Assembly (NCBI GenBank): GCA_965207685.1
Contig: OZ242294.1
Location: 1,226,677 to 1,290,676, forward strand
Direction of reading: 5' to 3'
Length of the DNA stretch: 64,000 nt
Source of the DNA: Thermodesulfobacteriota bacterium
Lineage (GTDB): Bacteria > Desulfobacterota_D > UBA1144 > Nemesobacterales > Nemesobacteraceae
The notes under the pieces are model-generated. The model saw nothing but the letters and a program-made list of their open reading frames with translations, had not been told where the DNA came from and made no database searches. Position 1 is the stretch's first letter. The number at the start of each line of letters is the position of its first letter. Of the stretch, positions 37,864 to 47,171 are shown one piece after another. The translations under genes and the position numbers were made by a program.

Positions 37864-39377
37864 GGATCTATTCTCACCGGAAGTCTCGCCGTGGACACCC
37901 TCTCTCCCGTAAGGATTTCCGCGGCCGCACGGCCCGCTACGCGCGAGGAATCGAAGAGCGAAACCACAGTATCGAAAAAGGGAAACTCGGCCGCCGGATA
38001 GGGAGAGCCGAAGGTAAGCAGAATTTTTTCACCCGGAAAGGAGGAAAGGCCGTTTACGTAACCGGCTATCGCCGGGGGAATAATGCAGTTCTCCGTCCAT
38101 CCTGCCGGGGCGGCGGACAAAACGCACACAAGCGAGGAAATGTTTTCCCTTGGCGGCGGCTCAGGCCAGCAAAAGGTCTTCTCCACCGCCACCGCCCCCC
38201 CGGAGAGTCCCTCGCAAAGCCCGGCCAGAAGCTCATCCGTGTCTTCTTTGCCGAAGTGAAAGATCGAGACTTTTTCGCCGGGAAGCCTGCCTCCTCGAAC
38301 AACGCAGGCCGAGCGACGGGCGATTTCCCCTGCCTCCCGGTGGTTTTTCTTAAAATCGGGTGCCGGAATTTCTTCCCCGGCCGAGGCGAAAAGCCCCTTC
38401 GCATAGGATATCCTGGAGAGAGATTCTCCCCGTGCGGGATCTTGGAAAAAGTCATCCTCCGCCCGTCTTTCGAGAAACCCTTCCGGGTCCCTTGGATCAA
38501 GAACTATATCCACCCCACATGCAAGGGCTGCCAGGATGTTTTCCTCCTCACGCTCATCTCCTCCCAGCGCGTCCATCCTAAAGGAATCCGAGACAATCAG
38601 GCCGCTGAATCCGAGTCTTCCGCGCAGAAGACCACGCAGAATCGGGTCCGAAAGAGTGGCGGGGACTCCGAGCGGGTCAAGAGCCGGAAAACAGACGTGT
38701 GCCGGCATCACGCAGTGAAGCCTTTTCGCAATAGCTTCCCGGAAAGGGGCAAGATCCGATTCCACGAGGCACTCAAGCGATCTCCGGACGCTGGGAAGAC
38801 TCACATGGGAATCCTCAAGGGTGGCGCCGTGGCCTGGAAAATGCTTCGCGCAGGCAAGCACTCCCTCTTTCTGCATGGTTTCCGCAAAAACCCCTCCCAG
38901 TTTTGAAACCAACGCGGGATCATCGGAGAAGGCCCTTGCGTTTATTATCGGATTTTGCGGCTCGGAATTCACGTCAAGAACCGGAGCGAAAGCGAGATTG
39001 AGCCCGCAGTATCTCATCTCCCGGGCCGTTATGACTGCCTGGCGCCTTAAAAGCTCCTCGTCGTCCATTGCCCCCTGAGCCATCGCGAAAGGAAAAAGAG
39101 TTCCTCCCGAAACCCGCTGACCGAGGCCCCTTTCAACGTCGCAGCCAAAAAAAAGCGGGAACTCGGAGAGAGCCACAAGCCTACGTGTGGTCTCCCTCAC
39201 CCGCTCGATGTCCCCGTTGAATATTATGAAACCGCAGACGCAGAAATCCCGCGCGAGACGCTCCGCCTGTTTGACCGAGCCGGGGTCTTGGAAATCGATT
39301 CTCGGCATAATAAACTGCGCCGCGCGCCGGGGCGCGGGGAGATCTTTTGACGAAAAAACGGAAGGATTCTCATACAT
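37860..39377 (-). CDS. nagZ: glycoside hydrolase family 3 protein (beta-N-acetylhexosaminidase NagZ-like, with C-terminal extension)
   Basis: GH3 N-terminal catalytic domain motifs (KHFPGHG, the D-containing SDSFRMDALGG). Start set at MYENPSVF to avoid overlap with anmK. Confidence 0.7.
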   Translation of the reverse strand: MYENPSVFSSKDLPAPRRAAQFIMPRIDFQDPGSVKQAERLARDFCVCGFIIFNGDIERVRETTRRLVALSEFPLFFGCDVERGLGQRVSGGTLFPFAMAQGAMDDEELLRRQAVITAREMRYCGLNLAFAPVLDVNSEPQNPIINARAFSDDPALVSKLGGVFAETMQKEGVLACAKHFPGHGATLEDSHVSLPSVRRSLECLVESDLAPFREAIAKRLHCVMPAHVCFPALDPLGVPATLSDPILRGLLRGRLGFSGLIVSDSFRMDALGGDEREEENILAALACGVDIVLDPRDPEGFLERRAEDDFFQDPARGESLSRISYAKGLFASAGEEIPAPDFKKNHREAGEIARRSACVVRGGRLPGEKVSIFHFGKEDTDELLAGLCEGLSGGAVAVEKTFCWPEPPPRENISSLVCVLSAAPAGWTENCIIPPAIAGYVNGLSSFPGEKILLTFGSPYPAAEFPFFDTVVSLFDSSRVAGRAAAEILTGERVSTARLPVRIDP

Positions 39378-39379
39378 TT

Positions 39380-40561
39380 TTACAAGACGTTCTTCCCGAT
39401 CGAGATTTTTCCGAGAAGCGTGGCGTTTCGGGCTCCCGTGACTCCCGGCACGTTTGCCCTGTTCCCGCACACGGTTTCATTCGCGAGCACCGCGAATCCC
39501 ACGGCTTCCTTGGCATCTGCGGGAATGCCGTATTCATCCGAAAGGCAAAGCCTCGTCGGAGCGAGCTTTTCGCGAAGCCTCGAGACCATTACGGGGTTTT
39601 TGGCGCCGCCGCCGCTCAGCACGACTTCTCCCACATCCACACCAGGGTAAACAAACCTTTCATAGGCGGAAACTATGGAGCAGACGGTAAACTCGACGAG
39701 CGTGCGCAGGAGATCGGGAAGGGAAATATCCTTTTTTTCAGCAAACGAAAGAAGCCTCACGACCATTTCCTCTCCGAAAAGTTCCTTACCGGTTGATTTA
39801 GGAGGTTTTATATCAAAATAGGGGTTTTTCATGAGACTACGCAGGAGGTCCTCTTTAACCGAACCTTCCTTCGCTATTGCGCCGTCTTCGTCAAAACTCT
39901 TCTTGCCGCCCGAGGCAAGGCGCGCCACCGAGTCAATCAGGGAATTGCCGGGGCCCGTATCGAACGCCAGGGTCTCCCCGAGTTTTCCCGTGACCAAAGT
40001 GCAGTTGGAAATGCCGCCTATGTTCTGGGCAATTACGTTTTTACCGGTTCCAGAGAACAGCAGGTAGTCAACGTAGGGGATAAGGGGCGCTCCTTCTCCG
40101 CCCGCCGCCATGTCCCTAGTTCTGAAATCTCCCACTGTGGTAATTCCCGTAGCCTCGCAGATAACATCCGCTTCGCCCAGCTGAAGGGTCGAGGAAACTT
40201 CTTGCCCCAGAGAAGGGGGGTTATGAAAAAGTGTCTGGCCGTGGGTACCCACCAGGTCAATCTCGGTCGTTTTCAGTGCGGCTTTCCGGAGAAGATCAAA
40301 GACTGCTGTTGCAAACTCCTGCCCGAGCAGGAAATTCAGATCAGATAGTGAGGAGGTGTTCAGGGTGCCGGGAGAGAGAAGAAGCTTCCTCGCGGCATCG
40401 GAGTATTCCCGGCAGATAAAGTCCTCGATCTGTACTTCTGTATCTTCTCCCGAGCCGCGAATCCTTACCAGCGCCGCGTCAATACCGTCCATCGAAGTCC
40501 CGGAAATGAGACCGACTACCAGTTTTTCTTCTTTTGAAATTATCGGACGGAGCCAGTTCAC
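39380..40561 (-). CDS. anmK: anhydro-N-acetylmuramic acid kinase
   Basis: 393 aa, N-terminal GLISGTSMDGIDAALV signature of AnmK (ASKHA fold). Confidence 0.85.
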   Translation of the reverse strand: MNWLRPIISKEEKLVVGLISGTSMDGIDAALVRIRGSGEDTEVQIEDFICREYSDAARKLLLSPGTLNTSSLSDLNFLLGQEFATAVFDLLRKAALKTTEIDLVGTHGQTLFHNPPSLGQEVSSTLQLGEADVICEATGITTVGDFRTRDMAAGGEGAPLIPYVDYLLFSGTGKNVIAQNIGGISNCTLVTGKLGETLAFDTGPGNSLIDSVARLASGGKKSFDEDGAIAKEGSVKEDLLRSLMKNPYFDIKPPKSTGKELFGEEMVVRLLSFAEKKDISLPDLLRTLVEFTVCSIVSAYERFVYPGVDVGEVVLSGGGAKNPVMVSRLREKLAPTRLCLSDEYGIPADAKEAVGFAVLANETVCGNRANVPGVTGARNATLLGKISIGKNVL

Positions 40562-40579
40562 ATGGAAAAAGCTACCTGA

Positions 40580-40809
40580 TGAAAAAAGGATTTAGCAGGC
40601 AGATGTATTAATTGTTGAGCTTAGAAGAACCCACGAGCTTATGGCAAAGTCCGTTAGGCAAATTTAACGAGTTAAACATCTTACAACCATTTTAAAAGGC
40701 ACATCTTTCTGCGGATATATTATGTATATTTATATATTGACATTATTTATTATTACGTATATATATAACTATACGATGAATCTATTTGCATAGCCATTGA
40801 GGATATACA
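40580..40809. other. AT-rich non-coding segment (islet boundary / promoter region of the mobile mystery protein pair)
   Basis: Sharp drop in GC (e.g. TATATATTGACATTATTTATTATTACGTATATATATAACTATACG) relative to the flanking genes. Confidence 0.4.
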
Positions 40810-41271
40810 ATGAGTGTTAAAACGATTATTACGAGACAGTATCGCGAAAAGCTTAACCAAGCCGCTTTGAAGTTTCAGAATTTCACCCTACCTTCTGAAG
40901 GCTGGATTCGTACAGCCAGAAAAGCTCTTGGCATGTCTGCGGCGCAACTGGCCCGCCGTCTGGGAAAAACCCGAGCACTTGTCTCTAACACAGAAAAGGC
41001 CGAGCTTGACGGTAGAGTGACTTTAAAAACCATGCGGTCCATGGCGGAGGCGGCAAATTGTCGTTTCGTTTATGCTTTTGTACCAGAAGAAAGCGTAGAA
41101 ACCATCATCAGGCAGCGCGCCAGAGAAAAAGCCAAGCAACGCGTGATGGAAGCCTCTAGCCACATGGCACTTGAACAACAAACTATTTCTCAAAGCCAGA
41201 TCGAATTTGAAATAGAACGTCTTGCAGAAAACATTCTCAGAGAACGGCCAGGCTATTTGTGGGACGACTAG
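40810..41271 (+). CDS. mobile mystery protein A (XRE-type HTH; TIGR02612-like)
   Basis: 153 aa. HTH (LGMSAAQLARRLGKTRALVSNTEK) and a C-terminal region typical of the protein A partner of Fic-family protein B. Low GC. Confidence 0.75.
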   Translation: MSVKTIITRQYREKLNQAALKFQNFTLPSEGWIRTARKALGMSAAQLARRLGKTRALVSNTEKAELDGRVTLKTMRSMAEAANCRFVYAFVPEESVETIIRQRAREKAKQRVMEASSHMALEQQTISQSQIEFEIERLAENILRERPGYLWDD

Positions 41272-41280
41272 AATCCAACA

Positions 41281-41871
41281 ATGATGAACCATTCAACAGA
41301 AGATACAATGTCGCTTGATCCCGATGAGGTGCGAGGCCTAAAATTCAAGCACATAACGACGCGGAGCGAACTGAATCATCTGGAACAAGCCAACATCCAA
41401 AGCGGCATAGCATGGATGCGCCAAAGCAGACGCACTGACCTGCTGTCGGAAGGTTACGTATGTCAACTGCATAGACGTCTGTTCGGCGAAGTCTGGTCAT
41501 GGGCAGGGACATTTCGTCATACAGGCAAGAATATCGGGGTTGACCCACTCTATATTGCCGTAGAACTGCGCACACTGCTTGACGACATGAAATATTGGTT
41601 CAACAATGAAACCTATCCGCCGCGCGAAGCGGTAATCCGCTTCCATCATCGTCTGACGGCAATTCATCCCTTTCCCAACGGCAACGGTCGTCATGCCAGA
41701 ATCATGGCGGACGCACTGCTCATCAAATTGTACAAACTACCAACCATAGACTGGGCCGGAGGCCATGATCTCGCTTCTATGAACAGCAGGAGAAAAACCT
41801 ACATTCAGGCGTTGCAAGCGGCGGATAGAGGCAATTACGAGCCCCTGCTCGCATTTGCGGGTATCAGGTAA
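41281..41871 (+). CDS. mobile mystery protein B (Fic/Doc family; TIGR02613-like)
   Basis: Canonical Fic motif HPFPNGNGRHAR (HxFx(D/N)GNGRxxR), 196 aa. Immediately downstream of protein A. Confidence 0.8.
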   Translation: MMNHSTEDTMSLDPDEVRGLKFKHITTRSELNHLEQANIQSGIAWMRQSRRTDLLSEGYVCQLHRRLFGEVWSWAGTFRHTGKNIGVDPLYIAVELRTLLDDMKYWFNNETYPPREAVIRFHHRLTAIHPFPNGNGRHARIMADALLIKLYKLPTIDWAGGHDLASMNSRRKTYIQALQAADRGNYEPLLAFAGIR

Positions 41872-42034
41872 TCAGGTTGATTGGGATACAATAAAAAACC
41901 TGAGTATACCGCCCGTAAAAGTTCTTCTCGATATTGGAACTCACCCTGTCTTTTGGTAGCAAAACTGATTTGTTAACCTCGCAAGATTCCTGATTCGTCA
42001 CCGCCAGCAGAATCTAGGAAACAAGTCACAGGCG

Positions 42035-42967
42035 TCACGGATTCCCCGTTCCTCGGGATGTGCTTCTGAGGGCCTTCTTCAAGTACCCGTCGTTTTCCAG
42101 TAGTAGTTCGACGGACTCTTCAGGCGAGAGACCAACGAGTTTCATTACCACGGCAACCTTGAGATTCCCGTCGGCTTCCCGCAAAAGCGAGGCAGCTTCT
42201 TCTTCCCCCACGCCACATATGTCCATTATGATTCTTCTTGACCTGTCAACAAGCTTCGAGGAAGTGGGCTTAAGATCAACCATCAGGTTTCCGTAAGTCT
42301 TCCCGAGAAGCACCATCGCGGTCGTCGTAACCATGTTAAGAACCATCTTGGTAGCGGTAGCGGCCTTGAGTCTCGTGGAACCCACTATCACTTCAGGGCC
42401 GACAAGAAGGGTTATGACCAAGTCGGCGGGGACGTTCTCCGGCTCGCTGCAGCATACAAGTATGCTTGCGCAGCCAACCGTGCGGGCGTACTCGAGGGCG
42501 GATATCACAAACGGCGTGCCGGAACTTGCCGCGATTCCCAGGACCACGTCGCACTCTGAGAGTTTTTTGTCACGGAGGGCTTCCACGGAAGCCGTAGGGG
42601 AATCCTCAGCTCCCTCGACCGAGTTCCATACCGCATCCCGCCCTCCCGCCATAACCGCCTGCACCGTCTCGGGGTCCGTTCCGAAAGTAGGCGGGCATTC
42701 GGCAGCTTCCATCACCCCGAGCCGCCCGCTTGTTCCCGCCCCGACGAAAAAAACCCTGCCGTTGCTCTCAAGGGAGCGGAAAACCATTTCCGCCGCCTGG
42801 GAGATTGAATCTTTTTCTCTGGAAACAGCCTCAAACGCCGCCTGATCTTCCCCGCTTATAAGATCGATGATCTCAGAACATGAAAGTTCATCGATACTAA
42901 CCGTCCTCGGGTTTACTTTCTCTGTGAGCAGGTGTCCTGTCCGGCGAGTCTTCTCCACAGGAAACAT
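42035..42967 (-). CDS. murQ: N-acetylmuramic acid 6-phosphate etherase
   Basis: SIS domain (VGAGTSGRLG) and MurQ-like length and layout, 310 aa. Confidence 0.85.
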   Translation of the reverse strand: MFPVEKTRRTGHLLTEKVNPRTVSIDELSCSEIIDLISGEDQAAFEAVSREKDSISQAAEMVFRSLESNGRVFFVGAGTSGRLGVMEAAECPPTFGTDPETVQAVMAGGRDAVWNSVEGAEDSPTASVEALRDKKLSECDVVLGIAASSGTPFVISALEYARTVGCASILVCCSEPENVPADLVITLLVGPEVIVGSTRLKAATATKMVLNMVTTTAMVLLGKTYGNLMVDLKPTSSKLVDRSRRIIMDICGVGEEEAASLLREADGNLKVAVVMKLVGLSPEESVELLLENDGYLKKALRSTSRGTGNP

Positions 42968-43058
42968 TATATCTGAAACGTGCGCCGCTTATCCGGAGAA
43001 CCGTCTGTGGTGCCGGTTTGATTTGTAAGCAATATCCGTATAGAGTCCTTTGGGTATT

Positions 43059-43132
43059 GCGGGTGTAGCTCAGCTGGCCAGAGCATTGGCTTCCCAAGCC
43101 AAGGGTCGCGGGTTCGAATCCCGTCGCCCGCT
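43059..43132 (+). tRNA. tRNA-Gly (anticodon CCC)
   Basis: Folded by hand: acceptor stem GCGGGTG/CGCCCGC, D-arm GCTCAGCTGGCCAGAGC, anticodon stem TTGGC/GCCAA with loop TTCCCAA (anticodon CCC at 43093-43095), T-arm GCGGGTTCGAATCCCGT, discriminator U. Confidence 0.8.
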
Positions 43133-43245
43133 CTCACTGCCCAAAAACTGTATTTATTCCGGTCATCACGTTAATATCAAATTTGCCCAGTTTCTATTGA
43201 TAATTTGACCTGAGTTCTATTGACAATTTCACCCTTTTTGATAAT

Positions 43246-44559
43246 GTGTTCAGAAAATTATACGGAGAAAAAACGGTGTCTGAACAAGAAGAGATTTTAC
43301 CGCGTCATTTGTCGACGAAACTCGATAAGGCCCTAGATTCGGCAAGAATAGTAAACATTGTAGGTCCTAGACAGGCTGGAAAAACTACATTGGTACGGGA
43401 TTTGCATAAAAACGGCAGATTCATCACGCTTGACGACGAATCAATGCTCATGGCTATAGAAAACGATCCTGGCGGACAACTCGAAAGCCTGACGACTGGA
43501 CTAGAGACGGAACCTCTGATAATTGACGAAATCCAACGCTCAAAGGGGCTAGTTCTGGCGATCAAAAAGAAAGTCGACGGCAATCGCCGTAAAGGTCAGT
43601 TTATCCTGACGGGTTCTTCAAATATTTTCATGTCCCTTGGAGTCGCCGACTCCCTGGCCGGCCGAATGAGAGTGCTCAAGCTATGGCCGCTGACTGTCTC
43701 GGAAATCAGGAAGCGAAACCCTTCGAGGATACTGACGTGGGCCTTGCGGCCTGCACCGAAACTCGCCGCGCTACCAACACCTGAAAAAACGGACCGTAAG
43801 TCTTACATCGACATAATTCTGCGAGGCGGCTTCCCGGAAATTTTCCCCTTGGAGGCAGAAGAACGGCAAGAATATTATCGGGACTATGTTGACGCCATTG
43901 TGGACAGAGATGTGGCCGACGTTCTTCCCGTACGGAAAACGGATGCCCTCCGACGACTTATCAATCAACTGGCCGTGAGAACCGCTATGGAGTTGAACCT
44001 CTCTGAAATCTGCGAACTGGTCGGCGTTCAACGTAACACGCTTGAGCAATACCTCGAGGTGCTCTTGCGCCTGTCCGTGGTAAACAGGCTGGGAGCATGG
44101 GCGTCGGGCGAATCTAGGCGAGAAATCAAAAACGCAAAAAACCACTTTGTAGACACGGGGGTCGCCTGCGCTCTACGCAGACTGACATCCGAGAGTTTTC
44201 ACGCGGACGCAAATCCAGCTGCATTAGGTGGTCTGCTCGAAAGCTTCGTCTATTCAGAGTTGCTACGTTCAGTTCCGTATCAGGATCAGAATTTTCACTT
44301 TTATCACTGGCGAGACAGTCGCGGACGCGAAATAGATATTGTGGCTGAATCCGCAACTCGACTGATCTGCATCGAAGTGAAGGCTTCAACCACGATCTCG
44401 CCTCAGGATTTGAAGCACCTCAAGTGGTTTGCGAAAAAAGGGCCTGGAACCACCAGAGAAGTGATAGGCTTGGTATTTTATCTCGGCCAAGAAAAGCTCA
44501 GCTTCGGAAACGGCATCTTCGCTCTGCCGGTCAGCATACTGTGGAGCACCGTGTCTTAA
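43246..44559 (+). CDS. AAA+ ATPase with DUF4143 C-terminal domain
   Basis: Walker A GPRQAGKTT, Walker B LIIDEIQ, 437 aa. Confidence 0.75.
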   Translation: MFRKLYGEKTVSEQEEILPRHLSTKLDKALDSARIVNIVGPRQAGKTTLVRDLHKNGRFITLDDESMLMAIENDPGGQLESLTTGLETEPLIIDEIQRSKGLVLAIKKKVDGNRRKGQFILTGSSNIFMSLGVADSLAGRMRVLKLWPLTVSEIRKRNPSRILTWALRPAPKLAALPTPEKTDRKSYIDIILRGGFPEIFPLEAEERQEYYRDYVDAIVDRDVADVLPVRKTDALRRLINQLAVRTAMELNLSEICELVGVQRNTLEQYLEVLLRLSVVNRLGAWASGESRREIKNAKNHFVDTGVACALRRLTSESFHADANPAALGGLLESFVYSELLRSVPYQDQNFHFYHWRDSRGREIDIVAESATRLICIEVKASTTISPQDLKHLKWFAKKGPGTTREVIGLVFYLGQEKLSFGNGIFALPVSILWSTVS

Positions 44560-44684
44560 GAAAATCCTGTTCAAGCATGAAAATTGGAAATCTTCCTTCC
44601 AATTTTCCATGCTTCTTCAAGGATAGGGAAAAGACCAGATTGCATTAATTGCCGTGCTCGGGCGGAAGCTTCGGAATCACCTAC

Positions 44685-45299
44685 TCAAGATTTTTTCTCA
44701 AAAACCAGATATTTAAGGCCGAAAAAATTCCAGAAAAGCGTGAATACCAAGGACACCGCGGCCCCTATATTGGCCCACACAGTGGAAGAGATGGAACCCC
44801 CCGAACCGCCGAACTCGGCGACCACGTATGAAGCGACCGTAACGTTTATCACGAGTCCCACGCCCACGACGGCGAAGAACCTTATGAACTGGTTCATCCA
44901 CCCCTCGACCTCCCTGCTGCCAAAAGTCCAGAACTTGTTCCACGCGTAGCCGTTAACGTTTGCCAGAATAAAGGAGGCCGCCTTGAAAACCGAGTAGAGA
45001 ACCCCCTCCGCCACCCCGGAATAATAGATGAGCAGGTTCAGTATTCCGAAATCGATCACGAGGTTCGAAAAACTTATAATGCAGAACTTTGCAAACTGGA
45101 CCAGCGAGGACCAACGGGAGAAAAATCCGAGAAAAAGAAAGTGGATCACGGGACTCAGTATGAAAAGTCCCCACTGCACTCCCGCAAGCGTGGAGTATAC
45201 TCCCGGCATCTCGGCGCGAAGCATGAAGAAGAGAAGTAGTACGAAAAACGCGTTTATCTCGCTTATTACGAATAAAACGGGGTAATCCGATCTCGTCAT
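44685..45299 (-). CDS. GtrA-family membrane protein
   Basis: ~200 aa, four transmembrane helices. The GtrA-like layout call is from memory. Confidence 0.55.
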   Translation of the reverse strand: MTRSDYPVLFVISEINAFFVLLLFFMLRAEMPGVYSTLAGVQWGLFILSPVIHFLFLGFFSRWSSLVQFAKFCIISFSNLVIDFGILNLLIYYSGVAEGVLYSVFKAASFILANVNGYAWNKFWTFGSREVEGWMNQFIRFFAVVGVGLVINVTVASYVVAEFGGSGGSISSTVWANIGAAVSLVFTLFWNFFGLKYLVFEKKS

Positions 45300-45383
45300 A
45301 GCTGGTTTTCGGGGAAAAAAAGGGTTGCACCCCGGAGCACAAGGCTTCGGGATACAACCCTGAAAACTGTACTTGCCTTACCT

Positions 45384-46160
45384 TCAGTTAACTACCTGGT
45401 ACTGGGGATAGACAAAGCTTCCCTTAGTCCAGATCGCCCAGGTTGGATCCGCAAGCGGCTTAAGCTTGTTAAGCGGATGGCCTTCGGGAGCCGTGAACGT
45501 TATTTTCGGGTTAGCCATGGACACCGTCCCCCCGTTCCAGGGAATTGGGTACTTGACCACTCCCTTGTCTTCCATAAAGCCGAAGTAGTTAAGGTGTCCT
45601 CCGCCGAATCCTCCAAGTTCGCTTCCGACCTCGGCCGTGGCTTCGATCATCGACTGTCCGCCAACTTCAAGCTTTGTCTTCAGCACTCCGTTCTCCACCA
45701 CGGTGGTTGTCATTCCCTCCTGAGCGGGAATGCCGACGGGCTTGGTGAACTCCCTCATCCTTGGAGAGCTGTTATAGTAATGAACGAAGTACCTTCCCGG
45801 GTAGGTTATGTCGGAATCCATCACGTACGAGTCGTGGCCTTCAAGCTCAATCGTGAGATAGGTGAGCGTGTACGCACCGAATCCCGAGGTCTGGTTCTTG
45901 TCGGGAACCGTGTACATGTTTATGACCACGTGATTGCCCGGATGGGGCTTAAGACCCGCCGGAAGCATCGATTTCAGAACCTCCGGGTCGGCTTTATAGC
46001 CCGCAATGAACATCCAGGCACCAGTTACCAGCTGCGGCCCCGGAAGCGAAAACGCTTTGGCCGGGGCTTCGGGCGGGGCTTCGCCCGAGTGCGTGACCGT
46101 GAGCGGAACTGCACAGAAAACCAAAGCAATCAAAAAAACCAAAAACCTTCTAGCTAACAT
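45384..46160 (-). CDS. hypothetical secreted protein
   Basis: Start at MLARRFLVFLIALVFCAVP (signal peptide). No family recognised with confidence. Confidence 0.4.
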   Translation of the reverse strand: MLARRFLVFLIALVFCAVPLTVTHSGEAPPEAPAKAFSLPGPQLVTGAWMFIAGYKADPEVLKSMLPAGLKPHPGNHVVINMYTVPDKNQTSGFGAYTLTYLTIELEGHDSYVMDSDITYPGRYFVHYYNSSPRMREFTKPVGIPAQEGMTTTVVENGVLKTKLEVGGQSMIEATAEVGSELGGFGGGHLNYFGFMEDKGVVKYPIPWNGGTVSMANPKITFTAPEGHPLNKLKPLADPTWAIWTKGSFVYPQYQVVN

Positions 46161-46232
46161 CTCTATTACCTCCTTTGAAGCTGTCTGACTCTCTATTCCC
46201 GGCGCCACAAGCGGGCAGGACCCGCCCGAACC

Positions 46233-47010
46233 CTAAGGTCCTTCCGACGCCCTTTTCTCTTTTTCTTCTATCATATACCTCACGGCCGAGCGAACAAACC
46301 TGTTTCTCTCGGCCTCACCGAGCACCCCTTTAAGCGCGTCGTGAACCGAGGGGTCCACTACAAGCCCCCCAATCGAGCCTTCTCCTTCCCTGATCATCCG
46401 GGAAACCTCGGCCAAGTTGGAGGAGAAGCTCCGCATGTCAGCTGCGAACTCCTCGTCGTAGATGAGAGTATGCAGGAAACCCTCCTGCTTCTCATCCGCA
46501 AACGCCTCCACTATCTTGTCGAGATTCCTTGAGATGGCCGTGAGGTTCGTGACGAATTCCTCTGACTGGCTTATTATCTCCTGCATCTCGGGCGACGTGT
46601 AGCCCTTGATCACGATCCCGTCGCGGGCCCTGCCTATGTTCTCTCCCTGGCCGGGAACGATCTCGACGAATTTCGCCCCCAGAAGCCCTTCGGTCTTGAT
46701 CGTGGCGTGAGAATCCTTTGAGATCCTGGCAAGCGCCCGCTTGCTGATTTCCATCACGACCTGAACCTTCCCGAGGGAAGGTTCATCCGAAAATCCGATG
46801 GATGATACCGATCCCACGCCCACACCCGAGAGACGGACATAAGCACCTTCGAGCAGCCCCGCCGAGTTGTCAAAGTAGGTCTTTACCTTGTACTCCTTCT
46901 CGAAGAGCTCCTCCTGTCCGCTTATCGTAAAAACTCCGTAAACGAAGATGACGATAGATACCAGAACGAAAATCCCTACCTTGAGCTGAGTTGATCTCTC
47001 TTTTTTCACC
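46233..47010 (-). CDS. MCE/MlaD family protein (orphan, no adjacent MlaE/MlaF)
   Basis: N-terminal transmembrane helix (VGIFVLVSIVIFVYGVF) followed by the MCE domain. Probable GTG start. Confidence 0.65.
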
Positions 47011-47171
47011 TGCGCTCTCCCGGCGCGACCAGCACGCCTTACCTTTGGTATTGTACCGAAAAACCATATTGTTTGTAAGCAGAGAATTGAAAATCCGGGC
47101 GGCTGTGATAACCTCAATTATCCGATTCCATCCGAGGCGCGTCCCCTGATTCCGAAAAGGAGCTTTCATTC

